Shown: positions 50,901 through 62,495 of the stretch, one piece after another
How the letters are laid out: each line of letters starts with the position of its first letter
Position numbering within the stretch: position 1 is the first letter of the stretch
Assembly: GCA_963924565.1 (NCBI GenBank)
Contig: OZ004611.1
Span: forward strand, 21,700,001 to 21,764,000
Length of the DNA: 64,000 nt
Source: Ascidiella aspersa
Lineage: Eukaryota
Direction: 5' to 3'
Position numbers and translations under genes: made by a program
The notes under the pieces: generated by a model
What the model was told of the DNA's origin: nothing
Databases searched by the model: none
What the model saw: the letters and a program-made list of their open reading frames with translations, nothing else

Positions 50901-53900
50901 ACATGAGGCATGGCCGTGTTCAATGTCCAGCTTGTGAAACAGGTCGCAGGCCGGATAAAATTTAGTGGCGGACCGGATCCGGCCCACGGGCCGTAGGTTG
51001 CCGACCCCTGTTTTAAACTGTGGTCTGTGGTGCATGGCAGCATGAAACGCCTGAAGCTGACCCTGCCTGGTAGTTAAGTTTAGTTCACTTGGCGGAATTT
51101 GGCTTGTAAAAAATATTTATTGAATGATTTACTGTAATGCTTCTAGCGATTTTTTTTGTAGTATCATATTGTGTTTTCATAGCCTCTGGGCTGGTTTCAC
51201 AATCACAATAACAGCAATGATCGCAGCTCTTTTCCTTTCGACTTTGTTTGACATTAGAAATTCATTTTCATGTTTATCACAAAAAACGTGCTTATGCTGA
51301 CTCATTCTCTCAATAACATTTTTGTCTGTACTGTCATAAAAATGTCAGTCCTCATGCAAAGCCGAAAGTTTACTCAATTTCTAAAGCAAGCTACCACAAT
51401 TCTATAGGCTACAATGTACTTTTTTGATTTAGAATAAACAATCACAACTCATTGTTATTATGTAATTTAATGCATTGCTGTTATAATCTGGGTTAAAGAA
51501 CTTGGTAAATATAAATAAATGAAGTCTCTCACTCCTCCTTCACTGTTAAAATAATTGATAAAGAATACTTTTAGAAACTAAAATAAGACAAACTAAGCAC
51601 ACAACTCTCTAAAATAAGCACGTTTCTTAGAAATAAGCACATTTGTGTTTTCTAAGACACTGCACCCAAAAATAAGCACAAATCTTAGAAATAAGCACGG
51701 TATGGCAACCCTGGTTATATACCTGATGAACCTTCACCACAGTTCCTTGTTGAATGTTGGTTCTTGCTGGTGTGTTTTTGGATGCAAGGTCAGCCCACGA
51801 AAAGACCTTTGGCATAGTGGGTTTGGGTTCGGAGACCGGCTCCTCTTCTTTTGGGGGTTCTGTTTCTTTTGGGGGCTCGGCTGGTTCAGGTTCAACTTTT
51901 GGGGAGGGAGGGGCCGGCTGCTGCAAGAAGTATGCAAAGCTTAAATTGATAATTTTACCACACTCGTTTTGAGTAGGATTAGAACGCTTGGCTAATAATA
52001 TGCATATGCCAGTATTCTAAGATGAAAATACAAATATTTTATTCTTACTTTTAGTTTTCATATTTATTTTAAATCTTTCTTTAAAGCTTATTAAAAAAAA
52101 CATCAAGAAAAAGTATACGGTTGCATTACCAACTTAATAGTTTTTTAACAAAAAAAGTTATAATGAGCAATGCAAGTGGTTTAACTTTTACTTTTATGCT
52201 TTTAATATACAATATAAGGCCAAAGGGTGGATTTAATTTAAGATAACACTGACCTCGGTTTTAATTTCAGGGGTTGCAGATCTGGCAGGGGAAGGGGAGG
52301 CATCTTCCAGGGGTTCAGGGGTGGTTGTTTGGGGTTCAGCAATGTGGGTGTTCTCAAGGTGCTGGTCAATTCCGTTCATAAGGTCAGGGGCTTGGGTTGG
52401 AGTGGGCTGTTCGGTGGCTGGCATCTGGTTGTCTTGTGGCTGCTGACTGTAGTACTTGTCCTGAAAGGCTGGCACCTGGGCGTTCTGGCCTTGGTTTTGA
52501 GCCGATTCCAGTTCATCATCAGACTCTACAACACACAAAAAGTCCCTGTTATAGCAAGGGCTTTGGAGCAGGTGTAAATGTTAAATGGCTCCGGCTCCAG
52601 CCCAAGAGTTCTCTTTCATCATAGGTTAGCATCAGCTCCGGAGCTTATTGATACCAGTGCTCCGGCTCAATTACGTCAAAAACTGAGGTTTAAGGATGAA
52701 CACTTAATTTGCAATATCTAGCGTAAATAATTACAAACAAAACACCACAATGATCAGTTTAAAAGGTGGGCCAAAGAGGCAACAATTCTTAATTTTATAA
52801 AGGGTTGCTGTTAAATTATGTGAATTCAGCCATTAGTAGTAGCATAAAATCTTAAAAAAATTGAAGCCGGATGTAATTTTTAAACAACTGCTCTAGCTCT
52901 GGTAAAAATACACAGCTCCGGGGCTCCGGCTCCAAAGCCCTGGTTATAGCTTAACTTTGTGTAAGACAACACCACTGAGAGTTGGTTTGTTTGCTGGTCT
53001 AAATACTCATTTTCTAGCCAAGTCAAGAAATGAACATTACTAAAGAAAAACAGACTTAGGTTCAAATATGATTTGGTAAAGGCAAAGCAATGTTGTGTAT
53101 GCCAGGGGGAGCCAACACGTTGAGTGCCACATTTAACCTGGTCGATCGCACTACAGTAACATTAAACAGACAAATTGTTGTTTGGTTGTCTGGACAAGCC
53201 TAATAAAGCATTCTTCGACATTACAAATTAGCCTACACTGCTGGCTTGGAATACAAATAATGCTCAAAATGTTTAAAAAGTGTTCTTGACCTCTTTACTG
53301 AACCAGTTGATCGACAGTTTCTAAAAATATTTCAGTCAATCACAATCAAACATAGGTTGGCCGCACCTGGTGTATGCTAACAGTTTTTACCCTGATTGCG
53401 TAACAAAATTCTTTAAGCAAATCTAAAAGCAGGAGAAAAAGGCTGGTCAAATACTACTGTTCTTTCAGTTTTTATCAGAGGGTGCATTAGCATGCAGTAT
53501 GCTAAAAACAGTTTGCAAACATCAATCATTTTATTTCTTTACCTTGTTCACCGTCGGATCTGTCGTTTGGAGTATTGTCCATGAAGACCTCATCCTGGTA
53601 GCGAAAGATGTCATTGTGAACATAGAACTTGTAAGGATTGTCTCCCTAAAACAAAGCAGTTTTAGTAAATCCCTAAATACAATGTAGTATCAAGCATGAA
53701 AAAGTTATTAATAAAACAATTACAGTGTCTTTTATTAACAGTATTGACTAAAAAAAACAAACAATATTGATTAAGACACAAAATTTATTACCCCTAATAA
53801 ATCTCGCAAGAACACAATAGAATAAAATAATTTTAATGTATGTTAAGCTGGATTTTTCAATGTACATATAACAAATGACAAAATAATAGGCAGATGGCAA

Positions 53901-56071
53901 TCTGTTGCACACCTGTGGGGCCAACACAAAGGTTTGCATGAACCGGCGAAGGGGCATTCCCTCATTGGACAGCTCTCCAGTGACCTGGACTACGACACCA
54001 CTTCCGATCGTTGAATGAGCATCCACCTGGCGAATCTTGGTCCGGCAATCATGAAACTTCAACTCGTTGATCTTCAAATGAATTTCCTACAAGGAAAGTA
54101 AATCACAGGATCAATGTAAAGTTTCTATTACCATCGTAAAATATCTACTCTTAAACAAAATTGTTGTCAGGAAATATTTTGCTAAAGGTTGAACTAAATT
54201 GTAAGTTAGAAAAACAAGTTAGATATAGTATATCAGGGTTTGAATTTTGCTTCGGGAATGTGCTTATTGACACCCCCTCACCTGACTGAGAGCACTCTGA
54301 TATAAACAGGCACAATTTAGGCGATAAGTAAATTAACTGATGGTAAATCAACATTTTTGGCGAGTGGTATTTTCAGGCTGGTGATAATTCTGGCACTCAC
54401 CACACTGGGATTGCAAATTTAAATTAAATTATCAAACCTGCATATAATGTTTAAAACATATAGTAAAGTGGAGCATATTAAAGACATGGCAAAACATTTA
54501 AAAATAAAAAAAATCTAGTTTTTTAACAACAATTGTGGTGAAAGATAAAAGACCTAGGAAGGTCTCAGACATTCTCCAACTTGTCTTTAGCCGAGTCCCA
54601 TTCGCTTTACCTCTTAAAAAAAATTGCAAAACACTATTTACACTTCTTTTCAAGGTTCAAAAGCCTAAAAACTTTGGAATAACTGCAACTTTAAACAAAA
54701 TAAATGTTTTGCCTCGTTAGTGTGTGCACAGCAATAGAAAAACCAAAATGAAGTACATTTACTGTAGTTTAGGGGCATTTACACACAACAAATCACTGTT
54801 AAATTTAAAATCATCCCAGTATCAGTCAATGTCATACAAACTTTCTTGTGTACCACTAAAATTTCTCTTTAATACAAGTTTAAAAAACCCGGATTAAAGC
54901 ATTAGGAAATTGCATCTATAATTCCCTGCTTCTATTTTGTTACTTCGCTTACCGTCTGGCCGATAACTGGTTGCTCTGGTTCTCCGTTGCAGTATCGCCC
55001 ACCATGAACATAGGAAGAGTTCATGCTGTAAAATCTACAAAGCAATTGGATTTTCAGATGAATACTAAATAATTAAGACAGTTTAATACGTTAAACAAGT
55101 GTGTTAGGCAGAATTATTTTTATGCTTCATAAAATAGGTATTTGCTGTAAAGATGCAATTCGATTTTTTTCTTTGCAGGAATATATAGTTTTACATAATA
55201 AAAACTCTACCTGTTTAAAAACTCTATATATTTGGATTTTATTTGTCAGCCAGACATGACGGGATCTTACATTTTGTTAAACTTATACACGAGAATTTGA
55301 TTTTGCACTGGCAATACACATTTTTATTGACGACCAGCGCATTTGCTAATATGTAAGGCCTAATAGTGTTTGTAAGAAAGTATTTACTCAACAGATTTCA
55401 GACACAATTTGAAATAATTTTTTTTCATTTATTTGGCATGGAGCATCGAATAAGAAGCGCCGAGTCATTTGCTAAACCATTTACAGTTTTAAAATAATCA
55501 CAAAGTTATAGGGTAATACTAATTTACGGAATGATGAATGGTCGGAATGGTCGGAACGCTCACTAATTTACGGAATGGAATGAATAGGGCCGAAACTAAT
55601 TTGATGAATGGTCGGAACGGAATTAACTGTCGGAATGAAAAGAACGAAGCTGTAGGAACAGAATGAACTGTCGGAATGAAATGAACGAAGCTGTAGGAAC
55701 AGAATGAACTGTCGGAATGAGATGAACAAAGCTGTTAGGGTTAGGGTTGGGGTTAGGAATGAAATGAACGAAGCTGTATGAACAGTTTTATGACTATAGT
55801 GTGAAATCCATTTGATATTGTTAAAAAAAATGATAAAAGATGGATGAATGCAAAAAGCAAATTATTTCAATACTGTCATTGTTACATGAAAAATTACTAA
55901 AGCTTTAGCTGTACCCTTATAAAGGCTGCTTTTTAGAAAATCCGAACATGCTTTTACATAAATATATACAAACCTGTGCAAAAGCTCTGGAGCTTTGTTT
56001 AGCAGGGTGTAATATTGACGCACGAACTCGCGGCCCACTTGTATAGGGCTTGGCTTTTCCATCATTACCAT
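47948..56071 (-). CDS. G3BP: Ras GTPase-activating protein-binding protein (G3BP/Rasputin), stress-granule nucleator; 9 coding exons, about 522 aa
   Basis: Exons 56071-55974, 55034-54953, 54086-53913, 53645-53543, 52525-52254, 51920-51723, 49783-49507, 49153-49041, 48199-47948 (1569 nt). NTF2-like domain ([29 protein letters not shown]; [11 protein letters not shown]; [11 protein letters not shown]; [16 protein letters not shown]), acidic ESDDE, SWADLAS motif, RRM (QIFVGNLP; SFGFVIF; INIEEKK), RGG tail. Confidence 0.96.
48232..48580. mobile_element. Decayed element with subterminal CCGATA repeats (Ac-like hAT MITE?)
   Basis: Clusters of ACCGATA/TATCGG at both ends; starts TAGAGAT; no clear TSD. 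Confidence 0.45.
50285..51713. mobile_element. 1.43-kb non-autonomous hAT element in G3BP intron, containing a nested MITE
   Basis: Ends GAGGGTTACCAT...ATGGCAACCCTG; perfect TSD GTTATATA (50277-50284, 51714-51721); AAATAAGCAC repeats near both ends. Confidence 0.8.
50585..51010. mobile_element. hAT MITE nested in the 50285-51713 element
   Basis: CAGGGGCGGCAACC...GGTTGCCGACCCCTG; perfect TSD TTTTAAAC. Confidence 0.85.
52556..52942. mobile_element. hAT MITE with GGCTCC subterminal repeats
   Basis: AGGGCTTTGGAGC...GCTCCAAAGCCCTG; perfect TSD GTTATAGC. Confidence 0.85.
53103..53369. mobile_element. hAT MITE
   Basis: CAGGGGGAGCCAAC...GTTGGCCGCACCTG; perfect TSD GTGTATGC. Confidence 0.8.
55519..55785. 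repeat. 41-bp minisatellite with GGAAT sub-repeats and an embedded TTAGGG tract
   Basis: CTGTCGGAATGA recurs at 55627, 55668 and 55709 (41-bp period); TTAGGGTTAGGGTTGGGGTTAGG at about 55735-55757. Confidence 0.85.
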
Positions 56072-56282
56072 TGCTCAGAAGCAAATCAACTAAAATATTA
56101 AAAATTACGAAGAGCAGCCAGAAATCTTAAAAAACGAGGAACAGGCCAATGCATTAAAAGAAGCACTTTAGAGAACAAATAATATAATCTAAAAGAGAAA
56201 AATTTAAACACAAACATATTACAGTAATCTTTTAAACCTGGTCGGGACAACATTTAGTTTGGTTAAAATCGAAACAAAAAAT

Positions 56283-56467
56283 GGCGCTGGTCTAGAATCC
56301 TACCACAACGAAACACCATTTGGGTTAGAGTTTGGGTTAAGGTGGGTCAAGTATTATTATTAAACAAAGAATATAATAATACTTGACCCACCCACACCCG
56401 AACCCGCACCCTAACTCAAATTTTGTGCGTTGATTTTAGAACTGTGGTAGGATTCTAGACCAGCGCC
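56283..56467. repeat. Nested inverted repeat (foldback) at the G3BP 5' end
   Basis: Perfect 25-bp arms 56283-56307 / 56443-56467 and perfect 20-bp inner arms 56341-56360 / 56373-56392, with GGGTTA-like and AACCC-like spacers. Confidence 0.9.
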
Positions 56468-57980
56468 CAAAAAATTACTATAGACTTGATTTTAACCAAA
56501 AACTTAAACAGGTTAGACATTTACATTTGTTTCTCTACCTAATGTACGTAAACTGTACCTAGCTTTAAGCAAAATATTAACTTTATAAGCCAGTAAAGTA
56601 AACTTTGCGTAGGCAAAAAGATGACTAACCGAAAAATAAGAGGCAACCACGCTTTTGCTTGTGCTCGCGCGGAACCTTCTAGCTTTTGTTTCAAGCTCTA
56701 ACGTGAAATCATTCAAGCGTAGCCATTCTTTTACGCCCCTGATTTTAGCATTATGATACCCTCTTGACTAATTAACCTTGAGGGAAAAAAATGTCCTCTG
56801 CTTAAAGCAGGGTTTCTTAACCAGGGGTGCGACAACTGTTCCACGGCTGTGCGGGGATGCTGAGTGAGACACAGAAAATGTATTACTGTTACATATTTTT
56901 TCGCTCAGTTAAATGGGAAAAAAAATTACTTAAAATTTTAGTATTGTAATTAGTGCTCTATGATTGTATTAATGTCTTATCGTTTACTTGTATAAATATA
57001 AAATTACAATGGTTTTGTTATTTAAGCAGTTCTAGAACACGGTGCGAGAATTGGTTGGCGATTTGGGAGGGTGTGGGGCTCGGTGCGAGAATTGTTCGGT
57101 TATTTGAAAGGTGTGCAGAAAACGGTTACGCTATATAAACAGAAAAAAGGAAGTCGCGAAGTAACGGTGATAAGAACTGCAACGGAAAAAGACACCCGCA
57201 AGGCGAAAGTAGGGCAAAGATAAAACAATGAGGTCAATGGGAAGCAACAGATACACGTCAGAAGGAATTAGTAATAAAATAAAATAAATAAGAACTCGAC
57301 GATAGAAATGCGCGAATATACAATTTATGTATTAAACAAATACAAGGGGACTGAGACCGTGTTACCGTGTCAAAAAAAATCGGTACGGTTTTACATAGTC
57401 ATCAGATTAAGCGTTTTTAGTCATTCAATTATGACGTCACAAAACATGTCACTTAAAGAGGCTGTTGTTGCCAGTCAATTTCTTCAGTTAATGTGCGAAG
57501 TAGGACTTAAAGTATACCTAATACTTGCGACGAGTTAAGAAGACTTTTTGCGTGAAAAAATTTGCCATAATTTGCACAAAAATGATTTTTTTTGCTACTG
57601 GAAATTATATTTTGAAAATTTGCTTTTTTTGTTTTGTTTTTTTGAAACATTGTTCATAAGAAAACAGTTCGAAAGTAGCTAAAAAAAATAGGCCTTTATC
57701 TGGGTTATATCACCGTCCTTTTACTACGAAAGCGAATAATGCCTATACGGCGGAATTATCTATTATTTTACAATAAGTAGGCCTACCTTTAGTATAGAAC
57801 TATTTTGACTTCCTACCATCGGGACACAACTAATGGAGTTAGACATAAAGACAGACTAAATATAAACAAAACAACGTTTCGTCCCACTTAAATGCACTTT
57901 TTGGTTGATATAAGCTACTGCAGTGCTTTTCAACCGAGTGTATCGTACACCGCAGGGTGTGCCATAAATAATGTATAAAG

Positions 57981-58289
57981 CAGGGATGTCCAACCTGCGG
58001 CCCGCGGGCCACATTGCGGCCCGCCTGAGATTTTTGTGCGGCCCGCCAGTCATTTTCACCCCTAAGTAGTATTTTAAACGTTCAATATTGGCCTAATTTA
58101 ATTGTACCAGTCAGCTTTTAGGGGAGCACTAATAGTATAGTATGGGTAAAAAAATGTATATATAACTCTAAAGGCCCGTTATAACTCTAAAGAGAAATAC
58201 TTAATCTTGAAACTTAATAGGTTCTGCGGCCCATTAAATTATTTCAAGTGTCAATGCGGCCCACTATAATAAAATGTTGGACATCCCTG
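57981..58289. mobile_element. hAT MITE nested in an older element that starts near 57921
   Basis: Perfect 14-bp TIR CAGGGATGTCCAAC; perfect TSD GTATAAAG; GCGGCCC subterminal repeats. Confidence 0.88.
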
Positions 58290-58733
58290 GTATAAAGGGT
58301 GTACCACTTTAATGGGGTGTACAGGGGTGTACCAGATAACGCATGACAATAGGATAGGCCGACGACTAGCTATCTTAGGGGCGGGAAACTGATCCAGTCG
58401 GCGGGCCTGAAATGGGAAAATAAAGTACTTGGTGGGCCGGATTCCTGATCGATACATCAACTGTACTGCCAGAGTCTACATGTTTTTTCGCATAATGGCG
58501 GCTAATGTTGCACTCTTTCAACGGGGTCCGTCCCGCGGGCCTTATGTTGCCCGCGCCTGAGCTATCTGATCTGATAGCCGTTACTTTGCCGCCTCTCACT
58601 ATGGACCTGTTTTAATATACCATACTCTCACTGACCATTGTGAGGTAATATTCCTATTATATTTTATGATCGTGCGACCAGTTTGACCTGTAGCAACCTG
58701 TTGTTTTTGCTGTATACGTTTAGGGTGGTCAAT

Positions 58734-59511
58734 CGGTCATGTTCAAATGGCGGATCGCGATCCGGTTCCGAATCTTTTCAGCGTTTTGTGCGGACCTTCT
58801 AATGTAATCTTAAAAAACATACTTTCTACAGTGTTTCATGTGAATACCAATTGTGAGTGTTGATGAAAAAATCAAGCATAGAACGAGACTCCCAAATGCT
58901 AATCTTTGTAAGCGTTTGAGGACATCAGTAAGCGACAGAAATCCCCAATTCGATGCTATTGTAAGACCTAAAGGCTAAAACAGGGGTTGGCAACCTACGA
59001 CCCGCGGGCCGGATGCGCCCCGCCAATGTAATTCATTCGGCCCGCCGGCTCTTTGACAAACTAGATACGAGTCCATTTCAAATACTTTTTGACTATTTTA
59101 ACTACGTAAGTGCGAAAAATTTTCCCGCTTCGCGCAAATCGAATCGTCCGGCTTGTTTACGTTTTGATGTGGTCTTTTGAACTGGATCAGCGCTTCGTTA
59201 CCGTTAATGGAAAACTTATTCAAAAATATTGGACATATATTTTTTAACATTTTGTATTTTCGGCAATGTAATAAAAACTTGCAAGAAATGCCGGTATACC
59301 TCAAACAATCGCGCTCGCGTCGCTCACCACGTGCGCCCTGACTTAGAAAGGTTAACAAACACTAAACAACATTAACTATTAAAGTTATCGCGTTTACATA
59401 AATAAAGCACAATAAAAAGTAAAGCGTGTCCAATATGTTTACTATTCGTATTTGGTGGATCATCATGTTTGGTTGTGATGGATCATGGCAGAAATCATTT
59501 GAACATCCCTG
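58734..59511. mobile_element. Composite hAT MITE of about 780 bp, copy 2
   Basis: Collinear with and in the same orientation as 43752-44549, including the internal CAGGGGTTGGCAACC at 58981. Confidence 0.88.
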
Positions 59512-60144
59512 GTTTAGGTTTTAACCAGTGAATTTATTGAACTACGATCAAAAGAGTAACTAGTGAACTTATTGAACTACGATCATATTTGGTTCAAAAG
59601 GCAGAGTTTAAACAGTTTCAAAACTACACCGATTTTTGGGTATCGCTTCTTAACATTCCTAAATACCAAAATATCAGGAAAAAGTGATTTCCACCCTTGT
59701 TCGCATGCCCATGACATACCTTTGCGAGCAAAGAGGTTCTGCTCTACGTGAAATTAAAACTAAAACAGAAACTCTATCAAGGATGTTTATATGCTTAAGA
59801 GAGAAGCACTCGAAACAAGGCTATACTCCCGCGCTTCGCACAACAGACTGAAAAAATTTAACAGCAACGCTCGCATGAAATTTTGCAACCCTGCTTATCC
59901 TTATTCCGATTAGGATTACTACAGATTCGGTGTATTGCGTGGACTGGGGTGTATAAGTTTTGATTAAACGTAAAAAGGTGTAGCCTACCATTCCTAAAAA
60001 GGTTGACAAGCACAGAGCTACTGTACGTTCTTCAAGAAGACCTAATTCGATTTTATTGTATCAAAAAGTTACTGCAGGAAATAGTACTAGCTTATTCTTA
60101 GAGATGGTAAATGAGGGCATAATTTGACGCCCCTTCTCATAATT

Positions 60145-60370
60145 GTTTTCCTCTTACTCTCAATCCTTTAACTCTAACTCTTCTCCACCAATTTTACTTG
60201 TCATACTCGTCTCCTCTTACTTCTCCCTCTATTGTTCTTCCATCTTTTTCCAACTCTTCCTCCAACCCTTTCTTCAAACTGCAATTCTAACTCTAACTTT
60301 CCCTCCAGCTCTTTCGCGAACTATCCCTAGAGTATTTCCTCTAACTCTGAACCGAACTCCAACTTTTTAA
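60145..60370. repeat. Pyrimidine-rich low-complexity tract (CTCTAA/CTCCAA-like)
   Basis: Directly visible strand-asymmetric C/T-rich hexamer repeats. Confidence 0.6.
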
Positions 60371-62202
60371 CTTTGTAACTTAAAAATGTGCGCACATTAA
60401 AGGCAGTTGTTTGGCAGTTTAAGTAAAGGCAGTTTAAAATGTGCGCAGATTCTCAAAAAAGCCCACACTTTGTGCAAAACAACGCCTCGTCTATTGTCGG
60501 CGCACTACTGGACCAACAGTAAATTATAATGAGGTATCAATTGTATTTAATGCAAGGACATAAAACGCATATTATATATCACTCTTACTCAAGTTAGCAA
60601 AACAGGTCAATTTCAATATGCTAATATCCGTGATTTGTACAATTTAAATGCAGGTGATATCTTCTTTAAAATAAAAAAACACGTTCTCATTATACCTTTG
60701 TCCTCTTTTTGGACGATGACAATATGCTAGTATAAGTTGACTTTTTACAACATAACTTGAGCTGCCTGCTTTTCGGTTACGTTAAAACAAATAACCGAAA
60801 TCAGGTTCATAAAGACCCTGCTGGCGTTCGGTCAGACACCCTGCAAAAAAGCGTGGTAAATAAAACAATATGAGTCGGAAACCATTAGTCCTTTAGGCTA
60901 ATTGTTCCTTCTTTTTGTGGTGTGTAATCTATTTGGTAATATAAAATCACAAAAACTAGGCCATGTCCCTTTAACTACGGTAGGCCTACATAAATACTCA
61001 CAAATTAAAAAGTATTGTGCTAAAATTTTTCCAAGTTATGCTTTGTTTATCCGTTTAAGTAAATCTTTTGATTTCAAGGTAGAGGTACATACTTTCCGTA
61101 TTTACTAAAAAGCACTATTGATAGACTTAAATTCTGTGCAAAATGCGATTTGTGGTAAATTATCCAGCATGTGCATTATGCTGTATGCGCAAATATTTAG
61201 CGTCTTTGTATGTTGCCATTACTCCGTGAGAAACACCTATCTAAGTGAGTAACACCTATTTAGATGATACTTCACAAGATAAAATTTTAGTTTATACTAT
61301 ATTGCGTGCTAATTTTTACATAATATCAGTGCAGCTGTTCAGCTGTGGAGTCAACATTTTAAAGTAGGTGAACCAAAAAAATGTAGTTCTTACGCGGTTT
61401 TAAAGACCCTGAACCAAAAAAATGTAGTTCTTACGCGGTTCGCGTCACAAGTTTGGTAATCATGTCTCAAAACTTTCTAAAAACAAATTATCGTGGTATA
61501 TATTGCTTACTAAAACAACAAGTTATTGCGCTTTACTGAAATGAACCAATTTTTTTAGCAGGCTCTTGTAAAGCTAAGGCAGCGTTGAATTGCATATTAT
61601 AAATGAAATGCCTATGACAGCTTGGTATAGGATCGGTACGAATGAAACCCTGATAATATTTTAACGAAACTTACGAGCTGGGCATAACATTTTATTTTGA
61701 GCATATGCGAAAGTTCGTAAACTTTACTCAAACGATGACACCCGGAAGGCGTTTTATCTAAACAAGCAAAATAAAACGAGAAAAAAATTTTTTTCGGTTA
61801 AACGAGGACACAGCAATGCTGATCACGAGGCACATTTCTTGCAGAACTCCGGGTTAAATTTCGAGGTATAACTCAAGCATCCGTTCATAACTTGTTGTTC
61901 CAAGGTTCACTACAGTTTACTGCGATGGCCGTTGTAGCTGTTCGAGCTGGAATACGCCGTATGTGGGCAGCGACCAAAATGCGGGTCTTTTTCAATTTTT
62001 ATTGGGCCGCTAGCTTCTTATTATTGGTTCAGTTTTACCAATTAGTTGTGAGTCGTGTGATAGCCATACACTTTTTGACCTGTATTTTGACAAATTAGTG
62101 TAGCTAAGAATTTTTATTTTGGCTTATTGGTTCATTACAGACCAGACCATGCTTTAGCGGTCCACCTGTGTTCTAGTATTGTTTCACACAGGAGGCCCTA
62201 GA

Positions 62203-62495
62203 CCAGTATGTCTTAACGTTTTTAGCACTCGTACCCTTAACTTTTTCATGAAAGGCCTACATGGCCTACGGAATAAATTAAATTGTAATATTAGGAAATG
62301 GAACTTCAGAGTTGAATGCATGTATTAAATACAGTCTTGTAAGTTCAACAATGTTTACAAAACACAAACAATATAGATCAATTTACTATAGCCTTTTTTG
62401 GTAAATAGCGCATGATTTCACACTGCATGTCGTACCCCCTACTTTGGTGCTTCGTACCACCAAGGGGTACACATACCCCTGGTTAAGAACCCCTG
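62203..62495. mobile_element. Decayed hAT MITE
   Basis: CAGTATGTCTTAAC...GTTAAGAACCCCTG; TSD CCCTAGAC/CCTTAGAT (6/8); CGTACCC subterminal motifs. Confidence 0.65.

Noticed and set aside
55620-55785. Regularly spaced repeats resembling a CRISPR array
   Set aside because: Units are contiguous with no unique spacers, there are no cas genes, and the context is a eukaryotic intron; it is a minisatellite.
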